Assembly: GCA_029288775.1 (NCBI GenBank)
Contig: JARIGQ010000006.1
Coordinates: forward strand, 120 to 64,119
DNA length: 64,000 nt
Source: Candidatus Nomurabacteria bacterium
GTDB taxonomy: Bacteria > Patescibacteriota > Minisyncoccia > Phycocordibacterales > UBA5272
Direction of reading: 5' to 3'
Position numbers and translations under genes: made by a program. The notes under the pieces are model-generated. The model worked only from the letters and a program-made list of their open reading frames with translations, made no database searches and was not told the DNA's origin. Shown here one piece after another: positions 49,070 to 58,804 of the stretch (the stretch's first letter is position 1; each line of letters opens with the position of its first letter).

Positions 49070-49112
49070 GTGTGGAGAGGGGTAGGGTAAAGCTAAAAAG
49101 AGGAGTAAACTT
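49070..49112 (+). repeat. 43-bp cassette-head motif, copy M1
   Basis: GTGTGGAGAGGGGTAGGGTAAAGCTAAAAAGAGGAGTAAACTT. Confidence 0.9.
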
Positions 49113-49160
49113 GATTTAGAGGGAAAGGTATGGCCATTAATAACGCAATCAACCATAACC

Positions 49161-49664
49161 ATGAAAAAGCTATTAGTTTTAATAATCTTACTTGTTGGTG
49201 TCACTCAGTTTTCATCAGCTGCAATTACTACTTGTACAGTAATTAGCAGAGATTTAACATATAAAAGTAGTGACTACGGTTCCGGTGGAGATGTGGCAAA
49301 TCTTCAATATTTTCTTAATCAAACAGGAGACCTTATAAACTACCCTTCTGGGTATTTTGGACCGTCTACCTTAACAGCTGTTAAGCAATTTCAAAGTGCT
49401 TATGGGATTTCCCCAACAGGGTATGTGGGAAGCCTTACAAGGGCAAAAATCCAGTCTCTGTCATGTGGAAACACAACCACATTATCTAACGATAATCATT
49501 ACACAAACAGCGCAGGAAATACGGTTCACTCCCCAGCTTATACGAGTGATAACTCAATACCTTCAGGAGCAAGTGCGCAGTGTGGTGACGGAACCTATAG
49601 TTTCAGTCAAAGCAGTAGAGGTACCTGCTCACATCATGGAGGTGTAAGTAGGTGGTTAAGATAA
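49161..49664 (+). CDS. Secreted peptidoglycan-binding plus DUF3761 protein
   Basis: DVANLQYFL...GYFGPSTLTAVKQFQ; CGDGTYSFSQSSRGTCSHHGGV. Confidence 0.85.
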   Translation: MKKLLVLIILLVGVTQFSSAAITTCTVISRDLTYKSSDYGSGGDVANLQYFLNQTGDLINYPSGYFGPSTLTAVKQFQSAYGISPTGYVGSLTRAKIQSLSCGNTTTLSNDNHYTNSAGNTVHSPAYTSDNSIPSGASAQCGDGTYSFSQSSRGTCSHHGGVSRWLR

Positions 49665-49665
49665 T

Positions 49666-50172
49666 ATGAAAACCATTTCAGAACTAAACAATAAATGGTG
49701 GTATAGATTGATTAAAGTTGCTTTTTTCGTTGCTATTCTTTTGTCTATTTGTGTGGCGGTTTCAGTAGAGTGGGATGAATTATATAGCTACGATTCGGAC
49801 TATAGAATATTGTGCAATTATGGCAATAAAGCCAGTTTCCTAGCGTATAAAGAGAGGCAAATTTATATTCCTAGTTATTACAATTACTCCGACAGTATTG
49901 CTGATATTCCGGACTCAACCAAAACGCAGATTCGATCTATATGTCAAATTACTGACGCAGAAATCCAGGCCTTAATGAACGACATAATGAATGGTAATTA
50001 TGATGGGAAAAAACTGTTTGATGTTATTCCAACCAGCATTCCGAGAGCTACCCACTTATCTGTTACCTTATGGTCCGTCTTGTATATTGTGATTATCCTG
50101 GTGATTAGTGAGATTATTCATCGAGTATTCTATTACATTTTATTGGGTACCTTTAGACCTAAGAAAACTTAG
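49666..50172 (+). CDS. Two-TM membrane protein
   Basis: ELNNKWWYRLIKV...RVFYYILLG. Confidence 0.7.
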   Translation: MKTISELNNKWWYRLIKVAFFVAILLSICVAVSVEWDELYSYDSDYRILCNYGNKASFLAYKERQIYIPSYYNYSDSIADIPDSTKTQIRSICQITDAEIQALMNDIMNGNYDGKKLFDVIPTSIPRATHLSVTLWSVLYIVIILVISEIIHRVFYYILLGTFRPKKT

Positions 50173-50197
50173 TTCCGTTATTATTTAATTTTCATCT

Positions 50198-50410
50198 ATG
50201 TCACTTTGGAATAATTTGTTTGGGCTAAGATGGATTAGAACCCCAAAAGCAAAAATAATATTTGGATTATCAATGCTGGCCCTGGCTATTTTTACTTTGG
50301 GAGTTGTAGGGTTAAAAGATTCCTGGGAGTTAATTATTATTTTAACTGTTGGAGGTTTGTGGCAAATCGTTACAGGCCGAAAGAAATTTTGGCAGGAAAA
50401 ACAGTTATAA
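50198..50410 (+). CDS. Small two-TM protein
   Basis: 70-aa hydrophobic ORF. Confidence 0.5.
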   Translation: MSLWNNLFGLRWIRTPKAKIIFGLSMLALAIFTLGVVGLKDSWELIIILTVGGLWQIVTGRKKFWQEKQL

Positions 50411-50432
50411 TTTTCTCGGACAAGGCGCACGA
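50403..50432. repeat. Degenerate att-like site A1
   Basis: 21/30 identical to 50991-51020; minus strand reads SCALSEKIITVF. Confidence 0.6.
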
Positions 50433-50437
50433 TTAAA

Positions 50438-50480
50438 GTGTGGTAAGGTGTAGGGTAAAGCTAAAAAGAGGAGTAAACTT
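50438..50480 (+). repeat. 43-bp cassette-head motif, copy M2
   Basis: 40/43 identical to M1. Confidence 0.9.
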
Positions 50481-50592
50481 TAGATATGAGAACTAACTAT
50501 AGGGTTCCTAAACTTGATTTAATTTCAAGTTATTCTAGTTATTTTGATTCATGGTTTATGGCTAAGAATTAATTTAATTTTATAAAACCGAA

Positions 50593-50988
50593 ATGTTAAA
50601 GATATTTGACTACAATCTACACAAAAGACAAGTATTTTGGTACTTTTTGTTATCTAGTATAGGAATCATTTACTTGTTGTGGTCCAATTATCAGTTGCAT
50701 AATGAAATTAAAGAAAAGGAACTCGAAGTAAGGATATATAACGAGAATATCGATAAAACCAATGACTTAGATTTAAGATATTCAAAGTGTCTTGATAAAG
50801 CAGACAATGATGCAAAATGGAGTATTTATTCTTATTGCATGAATTCTCCTTGGTATCCAGATAAAACAGCATGCAAATTAGACGAGCTCCCGTCTGGTGG
50901 AACTTTGTTGGAGTCATATCAAAAAGACAAAAGTAATTGCTCACAGCAGTTTAAGGGGGCAATTTATAAAGAACCTTGGGAAAGGTAG
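50593..50988 (+). CDS. Single-TM protein with Cys-containing extracytoplasmic domain
   Basis: 131-aa ORF; N-terminal TM; four Cys. Confidence 0.65.
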   Translation: MLKIFDYNLHKRQVFWYFLLSSIGIIYLLWSNYQLHNEIKEKELEVRIYNENIDKTNDLDLRYSKCLDKADNDAKWSIYSYCMNSPWYPDKTACKLDELPSGGTLLESYQKDKSNCSQQFKGAIYKEPWER

Positions 50989-52612
50989 CTAGTTCTAATT
51001 GTCTCTACCGCGGCACACCAATCGAGACGAATAGCGTCAGTTCGCTCACTTCGTCCAGTAGTATCAAGGGTTTCTTCCAGTTCCAACCTTTCTAGGTCGC
51101 TTTTAAGCTGGAAATAGTTACTTTCTATAGGTTCCAGCCATTTATGCTTGGAAATAGTAAGTATCTGGTCAGTTATGGTGTGGTTCCAACCTAAGCCAAG
51201 CAAAATAGCTTTCTTGTGCTCTGGAGGAGATTCAGGGTTGACGAAATGCTTCTTCGCGTAGGCCGCAAACTTGAAAGTCTTCTCCGTCAATTCCAACCAT
51301 TTTTCTTCACGGTCTTCTGATTCTGCCAGTTGGTCCTTACTCTTTGCAAGCTTTGCTCGTAAGATGTCTCGTTCTTTAATGAAGCCTTGTTCATCAATCA
51401 GCTCCTTGTAGAGCATCTTAGTCAGATTATCCAATTCTCGCTGAGTGTCGTCACAAAGCTTTTGATTACTCTTCTTAACTTCAAGACTGTCCTGAATTTC
51501 GACCACATTTCTCTCCTTCAAGTAATCCAGTGCCCAAGTTAGAAACTGAGGATGAATCTCACACCCCTCTACAAACTTAAGTATCTGCTTTTCAAGCGCA
51601 CTTTCAGTAAGTGTCTTCTTCTGAGAACACTGAATACTTTTCTTTTTACGAGTACAGTAGTAGTAAGTGAATGACTTATATTCTCCAGTTGAAAGAATAA
51701 GTTTGTTTTTAGTTACGGCGGTATGCATACACCCACATTCACCGCACGTAATTTCTCCTGTATAAGCATGCACATGTTTTGAGGGGCGAGGTTTGCCATA
51801 CTTTCCTAGTAGTACCTGTACACGGTCGTACTCCTCTAGAGTAATCATAGGGTTATGATTACCTTTGTATTCTTTTCCATCCCAAACAAACGTTCCAGTG
51901 TAGAAGAGATTCGTGAATACTCGATAGATACTTGAACGTCCAAAAGGAACTACTTTGCTTTTGAATATTTTGCAGTAAGACCCCATTCTTCAGTTGCTAT
52001 TGCATGAACCTGAGGAGCTGTGTAAGCACCGGTAAGCATAAGGTCCCACATTTTTCGTACAAGTGAAAATCTTTCTGGGTCATTCACGATAGTCTTTTCC
52101 AGCTTGTCATTAAGGTAGCCGATAGGCGGACGAGATGGAAGCCATCCACGACTAGCTTTACCTTCCATCCCACGGTAACAATTCTTACGAAGGTCCAGGA
52201 TGAACTGGTTTGCCATACCGCTTTCAACACTAAACAAGAGGACGTTGTCTTCTGGTTTGTACTCTTTATCGATGGTTTGAATTGACTGAAGAGTTCCTTG
52301 CTGGAGCATCCAACTTAACGTTCCGCTATCAATAGGATTACGCGAAAGGCGGTTAATTTGCCAGCACAGAATCCCTTCTGCTTCGCCGTTTTTAATACGT
52401 TCAAGCATACTCTCGAAAACAGGACGATCGTAAGGTTTTTTGGCAGATTTTGCCTCTTGGAGCACCTCCTTCACTCGTATACCGAGAGTTCTGGCCAGGT
52501 CTTGAAGTTTGTTTACCTGGTCTTCTATGGATTGCACCTGTCGTTCCTCCGACTCAGAGGATTTACGGGCATAGAGAAAGTATTGAATTGTCTTGCTTTC
52601 TTCTGTTTTCAT
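50964..52612 (-). pseudogene. Large serine recombinase Int2, split by a -1 frameshift near 51955
   Basis: ORFs 51950..52612 (YARKSSESEERQ) and 50964..51986 (CGEC, YYYC) together are colinear with Int1. Confidence 0.88.
50991..51020. repeat. att site A2 (junction inside the Int2 3' end)
   Basis: AGTTCTAATTGTCTCTACCGCGGCACACCA; GGCACACCAATCG is identical to 32683-32695. Confidence 0.88.
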
Positions 52613-52765
52613 CTGTAAGTTCACCTCGTGTCAATGTTTCCGCAAAAGTAGTAAAGAAGCTTGCTGGTATTACGAGAACTATGGTGCCTAGAATAATTTC
52701 GGCACGCGAAACTGCACCTTTGATAAGGACACTTGTTTTAAATAACTGATATATTTCTTTATTGT

Positions 52766-53341
52766 TTACCATATCTTTTTTCTATCTTTAACTACTTTCC
52801 TGGGTTTAATACCTAGAAGCGGACTTATATATGTACATGTTAGCCAACCACAAAGAATTCCAATCATTGCTCCTGCTACTATGTCCGACGGATAGTGAAC
52901 ACCTGCCATGACTCTCGCAATGGTCATACAAATTGTTGCTATGTAAAAGAATACCCCTAACTTCTTGTGATGAAAGTAGATAATTGTTGAGAACGCAAAG
53001 AAGAATGTAGAGTGACCAGAAGGAAAAGAATATGAATTTTCACTTAATAATTGATGCACGTGGTGTGATAAGAAAGGCCTTGGTCGGTGCCAGAAATATC
53101 GTATAGGTGTTGCTATTCCATAACGAGCAATCCAACCCGCTATAAGAGCAGATAACCCAGTCATTACCTTCTCCTTTAGTGGATGATGATGGAAAAGTAC
53201 ATATGCAACAACTATACCAAGTAGGATGAAAGCCAAGTAATGTGCGAAGAAAACAATAGCAAAATCTATTGCCTTACTTTGTCCGGCAAAGTTATTTAAA
53301 AAGTAAAATAGGTTAGTATCAAAATTCATAATAGAAATCAT
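52766..53341 (-). CDS. PAP2-family phosphatase (BcrC/undecaprenyl-diphosphatase-like)
   Basis: RPRP, SFPSGH, RVMAGVHYPSD. Confidence 0.9.
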   Translation of the reverse strand: MISIMNFDTNLFYFLNNFAGQSKAIDFAIVFFAHYLAFILLGIVVAYVLFHHHPLKEKVMTGLSALIAGWIARYGIATPIRYFWHRPRPFLSHHVHQLLSENSYSFPSGHSTFFFAFSTIIYFHHKKLGVFFYIATICMTIARVMAGVHYPSDIVAGAMIGILCGWLTCTYISPLLGIKPRKVVKDRKKIW

Positions 53342-53381
53342 TATTATGGGAAAAACTACCCCTCTGGTGGTGGGTAGTTTT

Positions 53382-53546
53382 TTATTTACGTATTATCTTA
53401 CTGTTGTTGATGCCGTTTCGGTGGCCGTGACCTTCACCGTCATGTCCTTCAAAAGAACCAAGAGAACCGCCGATACCACCACCGATAATACCTCCCACAA
53501 GAGCAGAAGATACTATGATTGTGATTAATTTTTTATCTAAGTGCAT
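53382..53546 (-). CDS. Small Gly/His-rich membrane-anchored protein, 54 aa (not in ORF track)
   Basis: Hand translation MHLDKKLITIIVSSALVGGIIGGGIGGSLGSFEGHDGEGHGHRNGINNSKIIRK; terminator at 53352-53381. Confidence 0.6.
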   Translation of the reverse strand: MHLDKKLITIIVSSALVGGIIGGGIGGSLGSFEGHDGEGHGHRNGINNSKIIRK

Positions 53547-53602
53547 ATGTTTTTATTAACTAATAATATGTAAACCATACCCTTCAATAGTACAAAGTAA
53601 AA

Positions 53603-53618
53603 ATGAAGAAAACATGAA
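53603..53618 (-). promoter_or_regulatory. OmpR-type direct repeat box
   Basis: TTCAT-N6-TTCAT on the minus strand. Confidence 0.65.
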
Positions 53619-53619
53619 T

Positions 53620-54630
53620 CTAAGCAATTGGCAGTGTAATGGTAACGAGCGTACCTTTCTGAAGTGTGCTTGAAATGGAAATTTCACCGTTGAATTTCTC
53701 TATAAATTCCTTTGCTATTGAGAGTCCTAGGCCTGAGCCTGTTTCGTCATTTCTAGAGTGTGATGCTTTATAAAATCGCTCAAAGATATGTACCAGATCT
53801 TGTTCGCTTATTCCAACCCCGGTATCTTCTATTGTAAGTAGAAACTGGTGATTCTTCTTACTAAGATTCACCCTAATTGACCCGCCTTTTGGAGTATAGT
53901 GAATGGCATTAAGGAGAATGTTTTGAATAGCGCGCACTAAATTTGATTCATGAGCTAGTACCGATCCATTTACATTAATCTCCTTTGTAAGAAGGATATC
54001 TTTTTCATCGGCTTGTGCTTGTACTTTTTCAAGAATTTTATAAAGGCATGAAGCATATTCTATACGTACCATTTGTTTTTCGTTGATATTTTCTCCACGA
54101 GCAAGTGTAAGTAAATCTTCAACTAAGGTAGACATTGCCTTAATCTCCTCTAAACCACTCCTAAGAACTTTCTTATAAGTATCGGGATCAGTGTGGTTTG
54201 CTTGAAGAGCCACCTCCATTTCAGTACGCATAATCGTAAGCGGAGTACGCAAGTCATGAGATGCGTCTGCTGTAAACCTCTTCTGCAAATCAAGATTTTT
54301 CTTTATAGGTTTGAGTGTCTTACCAGCTAAAAAATAACTCATGCATCCTATAATAACTAAAATGAAAATATCCGCACCTGTGGTTGCTGCTTGTGCCATG
54401 TCTTGCGTATTTTCAAAAAGCACGTGACGCTGATGGGGATCAGATATAGTAGCACTTAGTGTGTCACTCAGATTTTTTTCTATAACACTAAGCAGCACAA
54501 AACTGAAGATACTAATGATAAATATCATCGCTCCTAGATAATATGCAGTAAGCTTTAAGCGTGCCTGTTCAAAGGGATTATGCTGTAAGCTTGTAACCCA
54601 CTCCATGAATTGTTTCAAGTAATGTTTCAT
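53620..54630 (-). CDS. Sensor histidine kinase
   Basis: Two TM helices; ASHDLRTPL; NAIHYT; DTGVGI; GSGLGL. Confidence 0.93.
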   Translation of the reverse strand: MKHYLKQFMEWVTSLQHNPFEQARLKLTAYYLGAMIFIISIFSFVLLSVIEKNLSDTLSATISDPHQRHVLFENTQDMAQAATTGADIFILVIIGCMSYFLAGKTLKPIKKNLDLQKRFTADASHDLRTPLTIMRTEMEVALQANHTDPDTYKKVLRSGLEEIKAMSTLVEDLLTLARGENINEKQMVRIEYASCLYKILEKVQAQADEKDILLTKEINVNGSVLAHESNLVRAIQNILLNAIHYTPKGGSIRVNLSKKNHQFLLTIEDTGVGISEQDLVHIFERFYKASHSRNDETGSGLGLSIAKEFIEKFNGEISISSTLQKGTLVTITLPIA

Positions 54631-55249
54631 TATTGTTTTGAAGCTTCTTGCGAAGATTCTTAATGTGCACATCGATGACATTACTAAATGCATCGAATGT
54701 ATGATCCCATACATGGCTTATGATCTGATCTCTTGTAAGTACCTGGTTTGGGTTTCTCATGCAGTATTCTAATATTGCAAACTCTTTTACAGTAAGAGGA
54801 ACTTCAATCCCGCGTTTAGTGACTTTGCGCGTAGTTGCATTTAGCACTATATCATTTACAACAAGTTCTTGATGAAGTGCTGTGTGCGGGCGACGTAAAA
54901 GTGCCCGTATACGTGCCAAAAGCTCCTCAAAGGCAAACGGTTTTATAAGATAATCATCTGCTCCGGCATCGAGGCCCTCTATTTTGTTTTCTAACGTGTC
55001 TTTAGCGGTCAACATTAAAATAGGAATCATGATGTTCTTGCTACGAAGCGTAGAGCACACAGCTATCCCATCAACCTGCGGAAGCATGACATCAAGGATT
55101 ACAAGGTCAAAATTATAATATCCATACTCTAGTATGGAAAGTGCTTTCTTTCCGTCATGAGTAATATCGGCAGCATACCCATGCTGTTCGAGGCCCTCTT
55201 TTATGGATTTCGCCAATTTTTCCTGGTCTTCAACGACTAGAATCTTCAT
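54578..55249 (-). CDS. OmpR-family response regulator
   Basis: ILVVED, LDVMLP, GADDYLIKPF, TIHGVGY. Confidence 0.96.
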   Translation of the reverse strand: MKILVVEDQEKLAKSIKEGLEQHGYAADITHDGKKALSILEYGYYNFDLVILDVMLPQVDGIAVCSTLRSKNIMIPILMLTAKDTLENKIEGLDAGADDYLIKPFAFEELLARIRALLRRPHTALHQELVVNDIVLNATTRKVTKRGIEVPLTVKEFAILEYCMRNPNQVLTRDQIISHVWDHTFDAFSNVIDVHIKNLRKKLQNNNETLLETIHGVGYKLTA

Positions 55250-55271
55250 ATACCTAGTATCCTATCAAGTT

Positions 55272-55311
55272 ATGAAGAATACATGAAATGTAATCTTCAT
55301 AATAAATTCAT
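55272..55311. promoter_or_regulatory. Two back-to-back OmpR-type boxes in a divergent promoter
   Basis: ATGAAG-N5-ATGAA (55272-55287) and TTCAT-N6-TTCAT (55296-55311). Confidence 0.65.
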
Positions 55312-55355
55312 CATTTTTTTATATGATTTTTATATATTAATAAGTACGCAATCAC

Positions 55356-56132
55356 ATGGACCATTCTTCAAAAAACACAGTTTCTAAAGTTGCGGCAGTT
55401 ACTTTCGGATTTTGGATCATAAAAGTCCTATGTACCACTCTTGGAGAAACCGGAGGTGACGCGGTCACCATGACGTGGAATCTTGGCTATTTGGTTGGTA
55501 CAGCAATTTTCCTTACTCTTCTTGTTGTGCTCATAGTTGTTCAGACAAAAGCAAAAACCTATCATCCATGGTTGTACTGGGCAACTATTATTGCTTCTAC
55601 TACAGCTGGCACAACGATGGCGGACTTTTTTGATCGGTCGCTTGGTATTGGATATACAGGCGGGTCACTCATATTAATTACTTGCGTTCTTGCAACCCTT
55701 GCATTGTGGAAGTGGGCTTGTGGAACAATTTCGGTAAACACTATCAATACCTCAAAAGCTGAGACGTTCTACTGGGTAGCAATTACCTTCTCGCAAACAC
55801 TTGGTACAGCTCTTGGGGACTGGATGGCTGATACAAATGATTTCGGATATCTGAAAGCCTCTTTGGTGTTTGGAGCAGGATTACTTGCCATAGCATTCAT
55901 GTACTACAAGACCAACATATCTCGTGTATGGTTATTTTGGGCAGCATTCATCCTCACACGCCCACTCGGTGCGACCCTAGGAGATTTTATTGACAAGCCT
56001 ATTGCCAAGGGTGGACTTAATTTCAGTAGACCTATGACATCCCTTATCCTGCTTGTTGCTGTAGGACTTCTCATCGCATTACTCCCCCAACGGGCTGGGA
56101 AACATTCTCCTGAGAGGATAGCATTACAATAA
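55356..56132 (+). CDS. COG4705/DUF347 membrane protein
   Basis: SKVAAVTFGFWIIKVLCTTLGETGGD; TRPLGA. Confidence 0.88.
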   Translation: MDHSSKNTVSKVAAVTFGFWIIKVLCTTLGETGGDAVTMTWNLGYLVGTAIFLTLLVVLIVVQTKAKTYHPWLYWATIIASTTAGTTMADFFDRSLGIGYTGGSLILITCVLATLALWKWACGTISVNTINTSKAETFYWVAITFSQTLGTALGDWMADTNDFGYLKASLVFGAGLLAIAFMYYKTNISRVWLFWAAFILTRPLGATLGDFIDKPIAKGGLNFSRPMTSLILLVAVGLLIALLPQRAGKHSPERIALQ

Positions 56133-56136
56133 AAAC

Positions 56137-56892
56137 ATGAAACCATCTTACCTAAACAAAGTACCAGAGATAACGCTCTACTTTTGGATCATAAAAATCC
56201 TTTGTACTACGGTGGGAGAGACTGGTGCTGATTTTTTAAACACTCAATTTAATCTTGGCCTCACGGGAACAACTCTTATTATGAGCATGTTACTTGCCCT
56301 AGCATTAGTTTTTCAATTCATCTCTCAAAGATACAGACCTCCCGCGTATTGGTTAGCCGTGGTACTTCTTAGTGTTGTTGGCACCCTCATTACTGATAAT
56401 TTAACTGATAACCTTAATATTCCGCTTGAGCTTACTTCTGGCATATTTGCGGTAATACTTGGTGTTGTGTTTGCAGTCTGGTACAAATACGAACGGACTC
56501 TTTCCATCCATTCAATTTATTCTGTACGAAGAGAAGCTTTTTACTGGTTGGCAATATTGTTTACCTTTGCTTTGGGTACTGCCGTGGGTGATCTCATTGC
56601 TGAAGCGTTCGGAATCGGATATCTTCTTTCTGCACTTATTTTTGCATGTATTATAGCCCTTGTATATGTTGCATTTAGATACTTTAAATTAAATGCCGTG
56701 CTCGCATTTTGGATAGCATATGTAGTTACTCGCCCACTCGGAGCTTCGCTTGGTGATTACCTTTCCCAAGCAAAATCAGATGGCGGACTGGAGTTAGGAA
56801 CTACTATAACGAGTGTATTGTTTCTTGTAGCAATCCTAAGTACGGTAGTGTATTTAACCGTAACCAAGAAGGACTCTTACGATAAAGAGTAA
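56137..56892 (+). CDS. COG4705/DUF347 membrane protein (paralog)
   Basis: NKVPEITLYFWIIKILCTTVGETGAD; TRPLGASLGD. Confidence 0.88.
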   Translation: MKPSYLNKVPEITLYFWIIKILCTTVGETGADFLNTQFNLGLTGTTLIMSMLLALALVFQFISQRYRPPAYWLAVVLLSVVGTLITDNLTDNLNIPLELTSGIFAVILGVVFAVWYKYERTLSIHSIYSVRREAFYWLAILFTFALGTAVGDLIAEAFGIGYLLSALIFACIIALVYVAFRYFKLNAVLAFWIAYVVTRPLGASLGDYLSQAKSDGGLELGTTITSVLFLVAILSTVVYLTVTKKDSYDKE

Positions 56893-56896
56893 ACCT

Positions 56897-57550
56897 ATGA
56901 AAGTCTTTCTTGAAAAGCATATTATCTTTTGGAAAGATAAGGCTATAAGACGACATGTACTTGTAAGTGTTTTGCTTCTTGTGATTGCAATGGCGCTGAC
57001 ATATTTTGCAACTAGATATACAAATCGTCATGCTGGTGATGTTGCTTCTGATTTGCTCTTAGACAATCTACCTGTATACCAAGTAAGTTACATATTTTTT
57101 CAAGGTGCTTTTACATTTGTGATTGTAGTTCTAGGGATCCTTTTTGTTGAGCCTAAATATATACCTTTTGTCTTTGAATCGAGTGCTCTCTTTTTCGCAA
57201 CCCGCTCATTCTTTATGGTGATGACACATTTGTCTGCTCCAAATGTGGAGTACTATAACTATATCCAGCACGAGCATCATGCTCAAGAGGTATTGTTTAC
57301 GGTAAGTTCCGGCAATGATTTATTTTTCTCGGGACACGCCGGGTTTCCATTTCTTCTGGCGTTGGTCTTTTGGAAGATCCCCAAACTAAGATACTTCTTT
57401 CTTGTGTGTTCTTTTATTGGAGCCTGTGCTGTTATATTAGGACATCTCCATTATTCAATTGATGTATTCTCATCTTTCTATATAGCCTTTGGAGTATTTC
57501 ATACCGCCAAGTTTTTCTTTAAGAAAGAATTTGATATTTCACATTCATGA
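56897..57550 (+). CDS. PAP2 superfamily membrane protein
   Basis: DLFFSGH, HLHYSIDV. Confidence 0.8.
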   Translation: MKVFLEKHIIFWKDKAIRRHVLVSVLLLVIAMALTYFATRYTNRHAGDVASDLLLDNLPVYQVSYIFFQGAFTFVIVVLGILFVEPKYIPFVFESSALFFATRSFFMVMTHLSAPNVEYYNYIQHEHHAQEVLFTVSSGNDLFFSGHAGFPFLLALVFWKIPKLRYFFLVCSFIGACAVILGHLHYSIDVFSSFYIAFGVFHTAKFFFKKEFDISHS

Positions 57551-58122
57551 CTTTAGACCATATCATCACGTTCATAAGTCAGTATGGTTATTTGCCACTT
57601 TTTCTCATTGCTATCATTGAAGGCCCGATAATTATTATCATTGGAGGCTTTCTTGCATCCATACATGTATTAAATATCTATGTGGTATATGTTATTGCCG
57701 TATTGGGTGATGTTATCGGGGACGCAATCTATTACTGGATAGGACGTAGAGGAAGGAAGTCTATACTCCCTAAATATGGTAAATATTTAGGAGCAACTGA
57801 AGAAAGACTTAAAAGAGCAGAAGATCACTATGGGAAGCATCTATTGAAAACTATCCTTCTTTCAAAGCTAAGTCAGGTGGGTATAACCACCATGATTGTC
57901 TTGGCTGGAGTAACAAAAGTGGATTTTAGGAAATTCATGGGAATCATCTTCCTTGTAAGTCTGGTAAAAGGATTAGTATTTACTCTCATTGGGTACTATT
58001 TTGGAAGTTCGTATCAGGTAATTGGAAAGTATTTAGACAAATATACTCTGGCGGGCACCATTGTAATTATTGTCGCGATCATTATATATGGCGTGTACAG
58101 GAAAAGAAAAACCAATGAGTAA
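57547..58122 (+). CDS. DedA family protein
   Basis: IEGP, GDVIGDAIYYWIGR. Confidence 0.88.
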   Translation: MTLDHIITFISQYGYLPLFLIAIIEGPIIIIIGGFLASIHVLNIYVVYVIAVLGDVIGDAIYYWIGRRGRKSILPKYGKYLGATEERLKRAEDHYGKHLLKTILLSKLSQVGITTMIVLAGVTKVDFRKFMGIIFLVSLVKGLVFTLIGYYFGSSYQVIGKYLDKYTLAGTIVIIVAIIIYGVYRKRKTNE

Positions 58123-58804
58123 TATATCTTGTATCATTCCAGCGTTTAATGAAGAGGAGAACCTAAGGCATACCCTGAGGGCTGTAACAGGTATTTCCTC
58201 CTTACTTAAAGAGATCATTGTTATTGATGACGGGTCCACGGATAGGACTGCTGATATAGTGAGGGAATTTAGTTCTGTACATGTATATACTCAACCTAAC
58301 CAAGGTAAAACACAAGCGGTTACGAATGGGATAGAGAAGTCCACAGGAGACTATATTCTCCTCCTTGATGCCGATCTTAAAGGTATTACTTCTCGTGCAA
58401 TCAAAAACCTTATACAGCCTATTTTAGACAATAGTGCTCAAGTGAGTATGAGTATGCGAGAAAACACTCCTTATTGGATGAAAATGATTTCACTTGATTT
58501 TATGTCGGGGGAACGTCTTTTCCCCAAGGAAATGGTGATAGGAAAGTTAGATGAAATGAAGAAGATGAAAAGTTTTGGACTAGAAGTTTACTTAAATCAG
58601 CTCATACTAGAACGTAACTACAAAGTAACGTCTGTTCTCTTGAATGGAGTGTTTAATAATTTTAAATGGAATAAACGGGGCCTCTGGAAAGGAATCAAAG
58701 ATGAGCTTTCTATGTGGAAGGATATTTTTTCAGTAGTATCTCCTATTCGATTAGTGAAAGATGTATTTTATCTTTCAAAACTTGTACATGAAAAGCAAAA
58801 ATAG
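58115..58804 (+). CDS. Family 2 glycosyltransferase
   Basis: IIPAFNEE, IDDGSTD, LDAD. Confidence 0.88.
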   Translation: MSNISCIIPAFNEEENLRHTLRAVTGISSLLKEIIVIDDGSTDRTADIVREFSSVHVYTQPNQGKTQAVTNGIEKSTGDYILLLDADLKGITSRAIKNLIQPILDNSAQVSMSMRENTPYWMKMISLDFMSGERLFPKEMVIGKLDEMKKMKSFGLEVYLNQLILERNYKVTSVLLNGVFNNFKWNKRGLWKGIKDELSMWKDIFSVVSPIRLVKDVFYLSKLVHEKQK

